The position numbers and the translations under genes are program-made. Of a stretch of 64,000 nt of DNA, positions 8,108 to 15,997 are shown piece after piece. The stretch's first letter is position 1. Each line of letters opens with the position of its first letter. This DNA is from Clostridia bacterium (GTDB lineage: Bacteria > Bacillota > Clostridia > Oscillospirales > CAG-272). The notes under the pieces were generated by a model, which saw only the letters and a list, made by a program, of their open reading frames with translations, made no database searches and was not told the origin of the DNA. Location of the stretch: the NCBI GenBank assembly GCA_017508605.1, contig JAFVYN010000034.1, positions 47-64,046 of the forward strand. Direction: 5' to 3'.

Positions 8108-10264
8108 TTATTGTTGTTTGGGGGCTTTCATCGTCAGCGAGATGCGTTTTCTCTTGACGTCAACGTCCATGACCCAGACGGTCACGATATCGCCGACCTT
8201 GACGACCTCGGAGGCTTCCTTGACAAAGCGGTTGGAAAGCTGGGAAATGTGAACAAGACCGTCCTCGTGAACGCCGATATCCACAAACGCGCCAAAGGAG
8301 GTCACGTTTCTGACCGTACCCTTGAGCTGCATACCGGGCTTCAGATCCTCAAGGGACATGACGTCGGTTCTCAGCATGGGAGCGGGAAGCTCATCACGGG
8401 GGTCACGGCCGGGGCGCTTCAGCTCGTTTATGATATCATGAAGGGTGGGAACACCTACCGAAAGCTCTTCGGCAAGCTTAGTCTCACCAATGCCTGCCAC
8501 CCGCTCACCGATGTCCTGAAGACGGCGGCTCTTCACGTCGTCATCGGTATAGCCGAGAGCGGCAAGAAGCTTCTTTGCGACATCATAGCTTTCGGGGTGA
8601 ACGGAGGTATTGTCAAAGAGATTTTTACCCTCGGGAATACGAAGGAAGCCTGCGCACTGCTGATATGCCTTCGGTCCGAGCTTCGGCACCTTGAGAAGCT
8701 GGCTTCTCATCGTGAAGGCACCGTTATCCGAACGGTAGGTCACAATGTTCTTGGCAATGCCGGCATTGATGCCCGATACTCTCGCGAGAAGCTGTACCGA
8801 GGCGGTATTGAGGTCAACGCCCACGTTGTTGACGCAGTCCTCGACAACGCCGTTCAGCGCCGAGGAAAGCTCAGCCTCGGGCATATCGTGCTGATACTGA
8901 CCAATGCCGATCGCCTTGGGGTCGATCTTGACAAGCTCGGCAAGGGGATCCTGCAGACGGCGTGCGATCGAAACGGCGGAACGGAGGGATACGTCATAAT
9001 CGGGAAATTCTTCGGCGGCAAGCTTGGAGGCGGAATATACCGAAGCACCTGCCTCGCTGACGACCATGTAAGCGACCTTGCGGTCGATCTCGCGGATGAC
9101 CTCGGCGGCAAAGACCTCGGTCTCATGGGAAGCTGTGCCGTTACCGATGGCGATCACATCGACCTTGTGCTTGGCAATCAGCCCCTTGACGGTAGCCTTC
9201 GCCTGTGCCACACGCTTGAATTCGGGAACGGGGAAGATAACGCCGGTATCCAGCACCTTGCCGGTCGCGTCGACAACAGCCACCTTACAGCCGGTACGGT
9301 AGCCGGGGTCAAGACCGAGCGTGACCTTGCCCTTGACGGGCGCTTGCATCAGAAGATTGCGGAGATTAAGCGAGAAGACCTTCATGGCGCTTTCGCAAGC
9401 GGCATCGGTCAGAGTGTTGCGGATCTCACGCTCGATTGAGGGGAAAATGAGGCGGTCATACGCATCGTTGGCGGCGGCGATGACGGCATCGGTACAGGGA
9501 GAGCCCTCCTTGACGTGGCAGGAGAAGACGATCTTCATTGCTTTCGCGCGGTCAAATACCACCGATACCTTGAGCTTGCCCTCCTTCTCGCCGCGGTTGA
9601 CGGCAAGCACACGGTGGGAAGCGATCTTGTCGGTTCTTTCGGAGAAGTCAGCGTAGGTCGCATAAACGCCTACGTCCTCCTCGGTTGCCTTGGCGGTGAT
9701 CTCGCCGTTCATCAGGCATACGTAACGAAGACGCTTTCTCAGCTCAGCATCGTCCGAGATCATCTCGGCAATGATGTCAGATGCACCCTGAAGGGCTTCT
9801 TCCACCGTGGTAACGCCAAGCTCCTCGTTGATATAGTCGGGCGCCATTTCTTCGGGGGTCTTCGATTTCTTTTCCTGCGCGTAGATGGCAATTGCCAGAG
9901 GCTCCAGCCCCTTTGCCTTTGCCACCGAGGCACGGGTCTTTCTCTTGGGGCGGTAAGGACGGTAAATATCCTCGATCTCGGTCAGCGTTTCAGCCGCATC
10001 GAGAGCGGTCGAGATCTCCTCGGTCAGCTTACCCTGTTCTTCGATGGCAGCACGCACCTTTTCGCGCTGTTCATCGAGATTGCGTAAATATGTCAAACGG
10101 TCGGAAAGCGCGCGAAGCACCTGGTCGTCCAGCGTGCCGTGTGCCTCCTTACGGTAACGGGCAATAAACGGAATGGTGTTGCCGTCGTCGATCAGGCTGA
10201 CGGCAGCTTCGACCTGCCATTCCCCGATCCCAAGCTCTTCGGCAATTTTTGCGATAATATTCAT
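8108..10264 (-). CDS. tex: Tex-like transcription accessory protein (YqgF/HhH/S1 domains)
   Basis: The N-terminus MNIIAKIAEELGIGEWQVEAAVSLIDDGNTIPFIARYRKE is a textbook Tex start, and the C-terminus has an S1 domain (GTVRNVTSFGAFVDIG). The ATG at 10264 has GAAAGG ~10 nt upstream; the track start at 10285 lacks an RBS. Confidence 0.93.
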   Translation of the reverse strand: MNIIAKIAEELGIGEWQVEAAVSLIDDGNTIPFIARYRKEAHGTLDDQVLRALSDRLTYLRNLDEQREKVRAAIEEQGKLTEEISTALDAAETLTEIEDIYRPYRPKRKTRASVAKAKGLEPLAIAIYAQEKKSKTPEEMAPDYINEELGVTTVEEALQGASDIIAEMISDDAELRKRLRYVCLMNGEITAKATEEDVGVYATYADFSERTDKIASHRVLAVNRGEKEGKLKVSVVFDRAKAMKIVFSCHVKEGSPCTDAVIAAANDAYDRLIFPSIEREIRNTLTDAACESAMKVFSLNLRNLLMQAPVKGKVTLGLDPGYRTGCKVAVVDATGKVLDTGVIFPVPEFKRVAQAKATVKGLIAKHKVDVIAIGNGTASHETEVFAAEVIREIDRKVAYMVVSEAGASVYSASKLAAEEFPDYDVSLRSAVSIARRLQDPLAELVKIDPKAIGIGQYQHDMPEAELSSALNGVVEDCVNNVGVDLNTASVQLLARVSGINAGIAKNIVTYRSDNGAFTMRSQLLKVPKLGPKAYQQCAGFLRIPEGKNLFDNTSVHPESYDVAKKLLAALGYTDDDVKSRRLQDIGERVAGIGETKLAEELSVGVPTLHDIINELKRPGRDPRDELPAPMLRTDVMSLEDLKPGMQLKGTVRNVTSFGAFVDIGVHEDGLVHISQLSNRFVKEASEVVKVGDIVTVWVMDVDVKRKRISLTMKAPKQQ

Positions 10265-10305
10265 TGTGATCAGTACCTTTCGCATGATGATTTCTTAACA
10301 GTATC

Positions 10306-10334
10306 ATTATACCAATTCTGATAGGGAAAATCAA
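10306..10334 (-). promoter_or_regulatory. Sigma-A-type promoter for tex (TTGATT-17-TATAAT)
   Basis: Reverse strand reads TTGATT (10334-10329), a 17-nt spacer, then TATAAT (10311-10306). Confidence 0.5.
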
Positions 10335-10377
10335 GTGTTTTGACAAGAAAAAACAGCGTTGCATCCCAATATCCCAA

Positions 10378-10722
10378 TCAGATCATATCGAGCTTTTGGG
10401 CGATCAGCACCATGATGCGGCATTTTCTCTCATAAAACGCATTGGGGGACATCAGCATGCAAAGAGGCGACCATCCGTGACCGCGCCTTTCGGCAAGTGC
10501 CTCCAGAAATAAAAGCTTGACACGTTCACTCTCGCCCGCGCATACCGTGTCGAGTGCCTCGGTGATCGCCGTATTCAGTCTTAGATTCCGATCCAGTACC
10601 TCGGGGCGGCGTTCTCCCCGTTCGATCTCGGCGGCTCGTTTTTTGAAGCCCTGACAGATCGCCATGATCTCACGCTTCTCGTGAAGGGTGAGAAGATCTC
10701 TTGCTTGTACTTTATATGGCAT
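10378..10722 (-). CDS. Hypothetical small protein (possible regulator; not confidently recognised)
   Basis: 114 aa, divergent from the XRE/ImmA pair. The helical C-terminus (..NAFYERKCRIMVLIAQKLDMI) is vaguely like sigma region-4 / ArpU-type late regulators. Confidence 0.4.
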   Translation of the reverse strand: MPYKVQARDLLTLHEKREIMAICQGFKKRAAEIERGERRPEVLDRNLRLNTAITEALDTVCAGESERVKLLFLEALAERRGHGWSPLCMLMSPNAFYERKCRIMVLIAQKLDMI

Positions 10723-10860
10723 AGTGTTTCCTTTCTCCGATTTCGGTTACAAAGCGGCATATAGATCGGCGATTTATGAGTGGTACTCATATTATGACAG
10801 ACTTTTCTTCTATTGTCAAGAGTTTTGCTCATATTTTGTAAAAAAATTTTCAAAAACCCC

Positions 10861-10889
10861 TTGACAAACAAGAGCGATGCTCTTATACT
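10861..10889 (+). promoter_or_regulatory. Sigma-A-type promoter for the XRE/ImmA operon (TTGACA-17-TATACT)
   Basis: TTGACA at 10861-10866, a 17-nt spacer, then TATACT at 10884-10889; this lies ~45 nt upstream of the ATG at 10933. Confidence 0.6.
10870..10884. promoter_or_regulatory. Perfect 15-bp palindrome inside the promoter spacer (candidate operator)
   Basis: AAGAGC-GAT-GCTCTT lies between the -35 and -10 hexamers. Confidence 0.5.
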
Positions 10890-10932
10890 ATAGACAGAAC
10901 TCCATGTAAATCAAAGAAGGATTGGTACCGAT

Positions 10933-11394
10933 ATGACGTTTCCGAACCGCATCAGGATCATTCGAAAATCGAATACACTTTCCCAGAAGCGCTTCGCGGA
11001 GCTGTTCGGTGTCGATCAGACCGCCGTTTCCAATTGGGAAATGGGGAAAAACAACATTGATCTCGCTCTCGCCGACAGGATCGCGGACTATTTCAAGCTG
11101 CCCGTCGAATTCGTATACGGCAAGCCCTATGCGATCTCCCGCCCCTTCTCCGAGTGGTCGCAGGATGAAAAAGCCCGTTATACCGCGGCAAGCGAGGAAG
11201 AAAAGAAAATGCTCGAATTCACGCTCGGACACGGCGTGTTTGAGGGCAGCGGTGCCACGGTGCATACCAACACCCCTCCCAGCGAGCATGCCATCAAAAT
11301 TGCCCTGTTCGGCGGTGAAGACGAGGTTACCGACGATATGTGGCAGGAGGTAAAGAACTTCGTCGCCTTTATCAAACAGAAAAAGGATCAGTGA
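10933..11394 (+). CDS. XRE-family HTH transcriptional regulator
   Basis: The N-terminus IRIIRKSNTLSQKRFAELFGVDQTAVSNWEMGKNNIDLALADRIADYF is a canonical Cro/C1 HTH. Confidence 0.85.
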   Translation: MTFPNRIRIIRKSNTLSQKRFAELFGVDQTAVSNWEMGKNNIDLALADRIADYFKLPVEFVYGKPYAISRPFSEWSQDEKARYTAASEEEKKMLEFTLGHGVFEGSGATVHTNTPPSEHAIKIALFGGEDEVTDDMWQEVKNFVAFIKQKKDQ

Positions 11395-11401
11395 ACCCAC
11401 C

Positions 11402-11806
11402 TTGACATTACTTGAAAGACTGTACGAACAAGCCGAAAGCGAAGGGATCGCCGTCACACGCTTTTCCCTTCCCGCGACCGCTTCCGCCGCCGTTTTCATC
11501 GACGGACGGTATTACATCGGCATTGACCCCTCACGCTTCGAGACGCGCATGGAGGAGGCGGAATGCCTCGCTCACGAGATCGGCCACTGCAGGACCGACG
11601 CGCTGTACTCCCTCGGGGAGACACGGCGCAAAAAGAGTGAAAAGCGCGCTGACGAATGGGCGATCCTTACGCTCATTCCCCCGAAACGCTTCCGTGAAGC
11701 GATCAGAAGCGGTTGCCGTGAGGTGTGGGAATTTGCCGAGGAGCTTGGCACAAGCTATGCCTTTGCGGAAAAAGTCGTCACTTACTATCTGAACCAACGC
11801 CCGTGA
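11402..11806 (+). CDS. ImmA/IrrE-family zinc metallopeptidase
   Basis: Contains the HEXXH motif (LAHEIGHCRT). It lies immediately downstream of an XRE gene, the classic ImmR/ImmA-like pairing. TTG start. Confidence 0.8.
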   Translation: MTLLERLYEQAESEGIAVTRFSLPATASAAVFIDGRYYIGIDPSRFETRMEEAECLAHEIGHCRTDALYSLGETRRKKSEKRADEWAILTLIPPKRFREAIRSGCREVWEFAEELGTSYAFAEKVVTYYLNQRP

Positions 11807-11849
11807 AACACGGCACGATCATTTCACTATTTTAAAAGGAGAATCTCCC

Positions 11850-12884
11850 ATGTCTACCATTTGGACTCCTGCCAAGCGCGCGATCACCGCGCTGACGCTC
11901 GGAAAACCCGACCAGATCCCCACCTTTGAGCTGGAATTTCAGCTTTCCGAAGAATTCTTCGGCTATCCCCTTGACGATCCCCGCCTGCACGGTGAGGAAC
12001 GCATGAAGCTCTCCGCCGCCGAGCTTGAAAAAGCGGCATATGACCTTGCGGACAAATATGCCCGTGTTTACGGTGACAAGAGCGCCAAGGAGCTTGGCCC
12101 CGAGTACTGCTCGGGTGACGAGGAAAAGGATAGCCGTCCCGGACTCGACTACGCCATCATCCCCGTTTACTGTCCCGAATGGTGGAATCCCACCTCGCCC
12201 GTGACGGTTGCCTTCCGCCGCCGTCTGCGTGAGCATTTCGGCAATACCCGTCTCTTCGGCGGCCACGGTGACGGTACCTTCGCCATTCCCTCGGGCAGCG
12301 ATATGTACGAATTCGTATACCGCATCGCCGATGATCCCGACGAGGTTCTCGCCGAGGCGGAGCGCAACGCAAAAAACGCCATTGAATCCAACCGCCGTCA
12401 GCACGAAGCCGGTATGGACGTCGCCCTGCTCTGCTCCGACTACTGCTACAACTCCGGTCCCTTCCTCTCGCCCGCCATGTTTGACGAGTTCATTACCCCT
12501 TATCTTGCCATGATCTGTAAGGCAGGTAAGGAAGACGGTATGTATATGATCAAGCATACCGACGGTAATATCATGCCCATCATCTCCTCGCTTGTCGAGG
12601 CAGGTCCCCACGCGCTGCACTCCATCGACCCGATGGCAGGCGTGGATATCCGTGAGGTCAAGCGCCTCTACGGTGACCGTGTCGCCCTCTGCGGTAACGT
12701 TCACTGTGCCGCCCTTCAGACCGGTACCGACGAGGAGGTCATCGCCTCTGCCGAATACTGCCTCAAATACGGCGCCGAAGGCGGCGGCTACATCTTCGCC
12801 ACCAGTAATATCCCCTTCAAAGGCATGCCCGCCCACCGCTACCAGATGATCCTCGATATCTGGAAAAAGAGACGGAATTATTAA
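11850..12884 (+). CDS. Uroporphyrinogen decarboxylase (URO-D)-family protein (methyltransferase/decarboxylase-like)
   Basis: 344 aa. The C-terminal half (..HTDGNIMPIISSLVEAGPHALHSIDPMAGVDIREVKRLYGDRVALCGNV..GGYIFATSN) is typical of the URO-D/MtaA-like TIM-barrel family. Confidence 0.75.
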   Translation: MSTIWTPAKRAITALTLGKPDQIPTFELEFQLSEEFFGYPLDDPRLHGEERMKLSAAELEKAAYDLADKYARVYGDKSAKELGPEYCSGDEEKDSRPGLDYAIIPVYCPEWWNPTSPVTVAFRRRLREHFGNTRLFGGHGDGTFAIPSGSDMYEFVYRIADDPDEVLAEAERNAKNAIESNRRQHEAGMDVALLCSDYCYNSGPFLSPAMFDEFITPYLAMICKAGKEDGMYMIKHTDGNIMPIISSLVEAGPHALHSIDPMAGVDIREVKRLYGDRVALCGNVHCAALQTGTDEEVIASAEYCLKYGAEGGGYIFATSNIPFKGMPAHRYQMILDIWKKRRNY

Positions 12885-12892
12885 TCACCGCA

Positions 12893-12938
12893 CTCAGCCC
12901 CGTCCATAAAGTCACGGATCGGGGCTGAGGTTTCTTTT
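12893..12938 (+). terminator. Rho-independent terminator
   Basis: CTCAGCCCCG...CGGGGCTGAG stem followed by GTTTCTTTT. Confidence 0.7.
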
Positions 12939-12996
12939 CACGCGACCGTATCATCCGAATGACACGGTCATATCGTTTTTAAGGAGAGACATTACC

Positions 12997-14730
12997 ATGA
13001 AACGCAGAGCATTCTTATCCTTATTTCTGATCCTCCCCATGCTGCTCACGCTTACCGCCTGTATCGGGCAGGGAGGACTTTCTGCTCCCGAACAGCTCAG
13101 ACTGACAAACGAGACCCACCTCAAGTGGAATTCCGTCGGAGGCGCCGAGCGGTATGCCATTCTGATCGACGGCTATGAAGAAGCAACGACCGACAAAACC
13201 GAATTCGATCTCGGCAGTCTTTCCCTGAATGCGGGACAAAGCTACACCGTCAGCGTCAAAGCCCTCGGGAACGGCACTCTTGCCGATTCTCCCGCCTCTC
13301 AGAGTCTGACCTATACGCATAAAAAGACAAGCACCGATACCCCCGAGCCGCCCTCAACAAGCGCGGACAATCCCTCAACAGAAACACCCGAAGGCTCTCT
13401 TCCCGTCCTCAATTCCCATGACGGCTTCTTTTATATCGCCCATCCGAGCGATACGATCAAAATCGAATACGCCTTCACGGATAACGAGTATCGGTATTAT
13501 TATTTCTATCTCGGCTATCTTGAAAACTTTCCCCTTGTTTACTCGCCTTCTCAGTATATCATACCGAACGGCACAAGCATCACCTTTTCCAAATCCATGC
13601 ATGTCGAAAGCATCGACTCCATTGAGGAAGCCGTCAGCGACAGCGTCAGTGTCACCGAAGCCCAAAGTACGTCCTGGAGTAAAGAGCTTGGTGTCAAATT
13701 CGCTTTTGAGGGCGTAAAAATCTTCAAAGCAAAGGCAGATGTCGAGGTAGAAGCCAAGACCGGTGTCACCGACTCCTGGGAGGATTCCGAAACCAGATCG
13801 CACACCCTGACGCATACCGTTGCCAAAAGCATGGCAAACGGCATCACCGAGACCGTTTCGCAGACCTTTGATGCCAACGCATCCAAAGGTCATTACCGCT
13901 ACGTGCGATATGCCAAGCGCTGTGATGTATATGTTCTCACCGTACATGACCCCAAAACCAACGATTATGGTTGGACCTACGTCACCTTTGCCGATGACAG
14001 CGTCAAGAACATGGGCGAAACCATTGAGTTCAGTACCGAAGGTACCTTCTCTTCCGACCGAGAAAATCAGCTCCGCTATGATGAAGACAAATGTCTTTCT
14101 TGCATCGACCCCAAACAGACGCTTCCCTACCGTTCAACAGGCACACCCTCCGAAACGTATGCGCCGATCTCCATTCCGATGACCTCGGTGCTTTGCGCCG
14201 AAAATAAGGATTACGATCCCAATCAGACGTATAACAACGATTATAAGAATAACGGCGCATATGATCACGGAAGCTATACCGTCGGTACGTTTGTTCTGTA
14301 CGGATGCTCGCAGAACGAAGACGGCAGCCTCAAGATCGTGGATCCCGACAAGTTCAAGATCGAATTTGTCTTTGATCAAGACCCCACCCGCCTGCCCAAC
14401 GAAAAGAACAACGAGCTTTACGTCACCTCCGATACCGCCAAAAACGTGTTTGATACCGATATCCGCAACGGCGACGAGATCGGAAAAGGCGCGTACTATA
14501 TCGTGATCAAGCTGAAGAACGGCTCTTCCCTCGCACCCATCACCGGTCTGAACTTTATGGATAACAAGACCAAAGGCTCCGTTATCACCATTCTTGACAG
14601 CTTCAACCTCGACACTCAGGAGATCGCCTCGATCAGGATCGTTGCCGTCTATGAGCTTCAGTACTATGCCGGTTGGTTTGACCACCACTTCACCAATTGG
14701 AGATTCGACCGTACCGTCACCTTCCAATAA
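12997..14730 (+). CDS. Secreted lipoprotein: Fn3-like N-domain, Pro/Thr/Ser linker, then a large beta-rich domain of unknown function
   Basis: Signal peptide with lipobox (MKRRAFLSLFLILPMLLTLTAC). The Fn3-like segment reads LKWNSVGGAERYAILIDG...YTVSVKALG. The central Ser/Thr-rich alternating segment is SVTEAQSTSWSKELGVKFAFEGVKIFKAKADVEVEAKTGVTDSWEDSETRSHTLTHTV. Confidence 0.7.
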   Translation: MKRRAFLSLFLILPMLLTLTACIGQGGLSAPEQLRLTNETHLKWNSVGGAERYAILIDGYEEATTDKTEFDLGSLSLNAGQSYTVSVKALGNGTLADSPASQSLTYTHKKTSTDTPEPPSTSADNPSTETPEGSLPVLNSHDGFFYIAHPSDTIKIEYAFTDNEYRYYYFYLGYLENFPLVYSPSQYIIPNGTSITFSKSMHVESIDSIEEAVSDSVSVTEAQSTSWSKELGVKFAFEGVKIFKAKADVEVEAKTGVTDSWEDSETRSHTLTHTVAKSMANGITETVSQTFDANASKGHYRYVRYAKRCDVYVLTVHDPKTNDYGWTYVTFADDSVKNMGETIEFSTEGTFSSDRENQLRYDEDKCLSCIDPKQTLPYRSTGTPSETYAPISIPMTSVLCAENKDYDPNQTYNNDYKNNGAYDHGSYTVGTFVLYGCSQNEDGSLKIVDPDKFKIEFVFDQDPTRLPNEKNNELYVTSDTAKNVFDTDIRNGDEIGKGAYYIVIKLKNGSSLAPITGLNFMDNKTKGSVITILDSFNLDTQEIASIRIVAVYELQYYAGWFDHHFTNWRFDRTVTFQ

Positions 14731-14802
14731 AAGCCCCCAACGCATAAACGTTTTTCATATATCATGCTTTATCAAACGCACATGAAGTCATAGGAGTTTT
14801 TT

Positions 14803-15924
14803 ATGCCATTAACTGCTTATACCGGCCATAAACCGTATATTTTCATCAGTTATGCCCACAAAGATAGCAGCACGGTATTACCGATTATAGAATCATTGAT
14901 CGATTCCGGCTTTCGGGTTTGGTACGATGCCGGAATTGAAGCCGGCACCGAGTGGCCGGAATATATCGCGACAAAATTAGCACAAAGTTCCCGCGTTATT
15001 GTTTTCGTTTCAAAAGCCGCACTTGATTCACAAAACTGCCGTCGAGAAATCAATTATGCTATTTCTCAGAAAAAGGAGATCATCTCCATATACCTTGAAG
15101 ATATTGAACTGTCGAGAGGCATGTCTATGCAGCTCGGCACAACGCAAGGAATGTATTTTTACCGCTCTCCTTGGGAAACTTTTATGAACGAGTTGATTTC
15201 TGCTCCGATCCTGACAGTATGCCGAGAAAAAAACAAAACTGTTATCGCCAAAGCTCCCATAAATACTAAGCGAAGAACCCATGTCATCCCGTTTTTCGCT
15301 ATCGTTATCACAATTTCCCTGTTACTCGTTGGTTTGGGGATTGGACTTTACCCATCGTTAGTCCCTGCCACATCGACTGCTTCGACCTCGTCCGATATAC
15401 CTTCCATTACCTCTCGTACTCCCACGCCCTCAACAACGGTATCCCCCTCGACAACAGTTCCTCCCTCAACAACGGTATCTCCCTCGACAACAGTTCCTCC
15501 GTCAACCGATTCCCCCACCACGCCGGAAAAACCTGCCAGCGTAGGATTGGAATTCAAATTAACGGATAACGAATACCATGTTATCGGCATTGGTACTTGT
15601 ACAGACACTGATATTGTAATTCCCGATACCTATTTAGGAACGCCCGTAACTGTTATCGAGGCTTATGCTTTTGATAATTGCTCCTTCCTCACGTCTGTTA
15701 CGCTTCCCGATACCATAACAACGATCGGTCATTCCGCATTCATATTCTGCGAAAACCTTACAAGTATCATCATTCCTGATAGTGTCACGACCATCGGAAG
15801 TGACGCATTTGCTACGTGTTTCAAACTTACCATTTATTGTGAAGCAGAAAGCAAGCCTGAAGGATGGCACGAGAATTGGGAACCGGGAACCCGCACCGTC
15901 ATTTGGGGCTACAAAGAACCCTGA
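14803..15924 (+). CDS. TIR-domain membrane protein: N-terminal cytoplasmic TIR, single TM helix, PSTTV repeats, C-terminal extracellular BspA-type LRR domain
   Basis: RBS AGGAG. TIR_2-like motifs are KPYIFISYAHKD, FRVWYD and RVIVFVSKAALDSQNCRREINYA. The TM helix spans aa 161-183 (VIPFFAIVITISLLLVGLGIGLY) and is preceded by KRR. The LRR_5-like repeats read IVIPDTYLGTPVTVIEAYAFDNCSFLTSVTLPDTITTIGHSAFIFCENLTSIIIPDSVTTIGSDAFATC. Confidence 0.85.
   Translation: MPLTAYTGHKPYIFISYAHKDSSTVLPIIESLIDSGFRVWYDAGIEAGTEWPEYIATKLAQSSRVIVFVSKAALDSQNCRREINYAISQKKEIISIYLEDIELSRGMSMQLGTTQGMYFYRSPWETFMNELISAPILTVCREKNKTVIAKAPINTKRRTHVIPFFAIVITISLLLVGLGIGLYPSLVPATSTASTSSDIPSITSRTPTPSTTVSPSTTVPPSTTVSPSTTVPPSTDSPTTPEKPASVGLEFKLTDNEYHVIGIGTCTDTDIVIPDTYLGTPVTVIEAYAFDNCSFLTSVTLPDTITTIGHSAFIFCENLTSIIIPDSVTTIGSDAFATCFKLTIYCEAESKPEGWHENWEPGTRTVIWGYKEP
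15427..15506 (+). repeat. In-frame 18/36-bp tandem repeats encoding PSTTV(S/P) units (extracellular stalk)
   Basis: CCCTCAACAACGGTATCYCCCTCGACAACAGTTCCTCC is repeated; the protein reads PSTTVSPSTTVPPSTTVSPSTTVPPST. Confidence 0.8.
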
Positions 15925-15935
15925 CCTTACCAAGT

Positions 15936-15973
15936 AAAACATCCCCGAAGGCAAATGCCTTCGGGGATGTTTT
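15936..15973. terminator. Bidirectional rho-independent terminator
   Basis: AAAACATCCCCGAAGGC-AAAT-GCCTTCGGGGATGTTTT forms a perfect 17-bp stem between convergent genes. Confidence 0.85.
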
Positions 15974-15997
15974 GTATGTTAGCCGTTTTCACCTGTC

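Noticed and set aside
10265-10285. Longer N-terminal extensions offered by the ORF track: tex at 10285, scaffold at 123, cotJA at 21248, cotJB at 21531, topB at 34595, the DUF5685-like gene at 41398, the THUMP methyltransferase at 47684, GH43 at 51075, ddl at 52134, the lipoprotein at 62303 and the S24 peptidase at 42456.
   Set aside because: In each case an internal start codon has a better-placed Shine-Dalgarno sequence, restores the canonical family N-terminus or signal peptide, or avoids running through an upstream promoter or gene.
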